Positions 61,452 to 64,000 of a stretch of 64,000 nucleotides of DNA are shown here, piece after piece. The translations under genes were made by a program, and so were the position numbers. The DNA is from Entomortierella parvispora E1425. Lineage: Eukaryota > Fungi > Mortierellomycota. The stretch lies in NCBI GenBank assembly GCA_020891255.1, contig BQFW01000001.1:1178001-1242000 (forward strand), given 5' to 3'. The first letter of the stretch is position 1; each line of letters starts with the position of its first letter. A model generated the notes under the pieces. The model ran no database searches. It was not told where the DNA came from and saw only the letters and a list, made by a program, of their open reading frames with translations.

Positions 61452-62089
61452 GACTGGTTTGACCGTCTGGACGCCAGGGGAACGGTGCTGGCTTCAGCGC
61501 GCTTTCCCAGCTAAGTCTCATATCGCTATCCTGCTAGAATGAGATGCAGCCATGACGTTCTGATGCTTTCAAAAGGGGTGCTCCCTGCCAGGCAACCATA
61601 GCAGAGGTTACCTGTCAGGATCAGTATGCCCAGCCAGTCATTGTGTGAGACGCACTCTTTGTACAGTTCTGGTGAGACCGTTTGTACAGGTTTGGTGAGA
61701 CCGTCTGGACGCCAGGGTAACGGTGCTGACTTCAGCGCGGTTTCCCAGCTAAGTCTCATATCGCTATCCTGCTAGAATGAGATGCAGCCATGACGTTCTG
61801 AAGCTTTCAAAAGGGGTGCTCCCTGCCAGCTACCATGGCAGAGGTTACCTGTCAGGCTTAGCATGCCCTGCCAGCCAAGTTGTGACGTACTCTTTGTACA
61901 GGTCTGGTGAGACCGTTTGGACGTCAGGGGAACGGTGTTGACATTCAGCGCGCTTTCCCAGCCTAAGTCTCATATCGCTATCCTGCTAGAATGAGATGCA
62001 GCCATGTCGTCCTAATGCTTTCAAAAGGGTGTCTGCCTGCCAGGCAACCATAGCAGAGGTTACCTGTCAGGATCAGTGTGCCCAGCCAG
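61452..62089. repeat. Three-copy tandem repeat, units ~238, ~212 and partial ~180 bp
   Basis: Units start at 61461, 61699 and 61911 (gaccgt(c/t)tggacg). All share ctaagtctcatatcgctatcctgctagaatgagatgcagccatg (~61511, ~61749, ~61963). Confidence 0.9.
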
Positions 62090-62665
62090 ACAGGAAACTT
62101 ATCTATGCTGTTTTTGTAAATGAAATCGGGCATTCATTATACCTTTTTTCATCCATTCTACACATAGGACCGAACGTTGATTATCATTACTCCGTGTCGA
62201 CCAAGACTCCGCTGTGGCGCCAACGTGTCGTAGGACTCCGACACCTAGTTTCTCTCCGAAGAAAGTCCTCAACATATGCCACAAGCCAGTTATTACTACC
62301 TACTGAGACTTCTCTATCTCGATCGATTTTTCACTCCATGGTTTTCCATCACATTTGAATGAAATATGGCATGGAGATAGCGCTCGCCAAGGGCTACCTG
62401 CCGGTACCAATTTCGCCATGAGTATCTTGAGCAAAAAAAGAAATATCAATTCAGACTTTATTTCTGGTGCACCATGCTGCCCCTTCATCCTCTTCCAGAC
62501 CAAGTGACAGTGCGGCTTGAGCCATCGTTCACGTATGAACACTGAGCAGAATAAAAAATAGAGGAGAAACTAACGCTCTGAGTTGCAGATGATGGAAGGA
62601 GGCGGCACGTCCAATTAGAAAACTGGCTAAAGGAATTCGTTTGATCTTGCATGGGCATGACACCG

Positions 62666-62815
62666 CTAGTGACACATGCGGCATACGAAGGGGATCTTGA
62701 AGTGGCCAGGGCAACACTTAAGTCTATACATGCCGTCCCTTCTGGAGATGGGAATTGAACTGGCTGCGGCGAAGCTCAAAAGAAAAGCAAGCATAATCAA
62801 GCGTGTGAACGTCAT
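62666..62815 (-). CDS. Possible small secreted peptide, or first exon of a decayed secreted-protein gene
   Basis: MTFTRLIMLAFLLSFAAASSIPISRR-DG looks like signal plus dibasic propeptide. It is followed either by MYRLKCCPGHFKIPFVCRMCH* or by an intron (GCATGT/GTATAG). Confidence 0.35.
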   Translation of the reverse strand: MTFTRLIMLAFLLSFAAASSIPISRRDGMYRLKCCPGHFKIPFVCRMCH

Positions 62816-64000
62816 TTTTAATATGATGGAAACAGGAAGTCGAGATGGGTTTTGACAGAAGAGATTCTGGCAAGATACAACATGCAAGTGTTATTTATGT
62901 GAATCAGCATTTGAGTTCCACATTGGAATGTTGTACAGCATCTCCTACCACCACCTCTTATTGTCCCCTGTCCCTTACCTCTTACTGTCCTTCATGTCTT
63001 ACTGTTCTCCGTCCTTTACTCTTCTCTAACTCTTACTCCATAGCTGCGATGGAACTAGGGTGAAGAAATCGATGCTGGGAGGAGAGAAAGAGCCGACATC
63101 GAACCCTTTTCTTCTACACTCCCCTCTCTTTTTTTTTTGGTATCTCTTTTTTCGACATCCGTCCTCTTCTTTCAACATCCCATCTTTTCATTGGCATCTC
63201 TCCCCTTTCACCCTTTTCTCTCTACCCCTCTCTGACCTTCCTTCTTTGATCCGTCTCCTTGAGTTTTATCTCTACACTTCCATGACATTTTTTGTGTACT
63301 TCCTCCTCTTAGTTCTTTTTTGCTGTCCCTCTCCTGATATCCCATCTCTTGATGTCAATGATGTTATTCATTGGTGTGTCTGAATCCTTTGCTGTCTCCA
63401 ATCCCATCCCTTGCACACTACGATTTCTTTTGAAAAAATGCAATTACCACCAACACCAACATAAAATTCGCTTTCTTCATCCAAGTACCACTTCAAAGCC
63501 AGGATGCATCCGTCTTTAAAAGTTGCAGAGGAACAATGTACCATGGTTCAGAGCCCCCCCTTTTTTTTTGTCAAACAATGTCTGTGCCTGTGTGCCGCGC
63601 CAGGATGCGAAAAAAAAAAAAATGGACCAGAAGACGGGAAGGACGTGCTCGCCAGATCACAGACTTTGTTCAATGCCAGAAAACAACCAGTGGCTGAACG
63701 ACGGATGGTTTGAAGGCTTAAAAAGTCGCCACAATTTTACTGAACAAACGCGGTTTGACTAGGGTTGGGGTGATGGGGATAACTCATTCTCGTGTATGAG
63801 CTCAGACCCCTCTTGGACAAGTAGAGAAAACGACATGAACAACAAGAGTGAATGCAGTTTTTTTTTTATCCGCTGGAGGCAAGCCTCATCGGGTTGTCAT
63901 GACCTAGTTCCGATCGACACAGAGGTTGGCACAGACACTATCCATCCTCATTCTTCTAGTCAACTTTGTCCTTGATCAATTCCAAGCTGGAGGGTCGCAA

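Noticed and set aside
61452-62089. CRISPR array or repeat-type RiPP/KEP precursor
   Set aside because: Units are >200 bp with no unique spacers, the context is eukaryotic, and there is no continuous ORF or KR-delimited core repeats across units.

Overview
Eukaryotic, intron-containing fungal DNA. Gene content, intron style and long homopolymer tracts suggest an early-diverging fungus such as Mortierellaceae; this is an inference. The left half (about 0.9-33 kb) is an accessory locus with about 11 tandem minus-strand paralogues of an orphan single-pass membrane protein. Its architecture is signal peptide, Kelch-like beta-propeller, S/T stalk, Gly-rich TM, conserved cytoplasmic motifs, Q-rich region and a C-terminal PPPLNYxTRP. 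Five copies are intact, one is tail-truncated, one is frameshifted, two are fused by a deletion and two survive only as tail remnants. All copies that retain it have a 52-nt micro-exon (55 nt in one). The youngest copies are near-identical except for a ~0.5-kb hypervariable block in the ectodomain. Nested antisense in the array is a duplicated ~3.5-kb cassette. Each copy carries a small secreted 8-Cys peptide gene (GxCWAxC...WCYT...C..C..C..C, resembling the Tha p 2 family from memory) with a conserved signal peptide and a strongly diverged mature part. The right half holds ordinary genes: OSCA/CSC1 channel, a RecQ helicase with RECQL5-like C-terminus, a decayed Tc1/IS630-like transposase, an alpha/beta hydrolase, UreF, an F-box/LRR protein, two orphan proteins and an AMACR-like CoA-transferase. 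It ends with a disrupted APSES transcription factor and a degenerate repeat-containing stretch. The window begins with the 3' end of a chitin synthase. All exon models were derived by hand from GT/AG sites and frame continuity.
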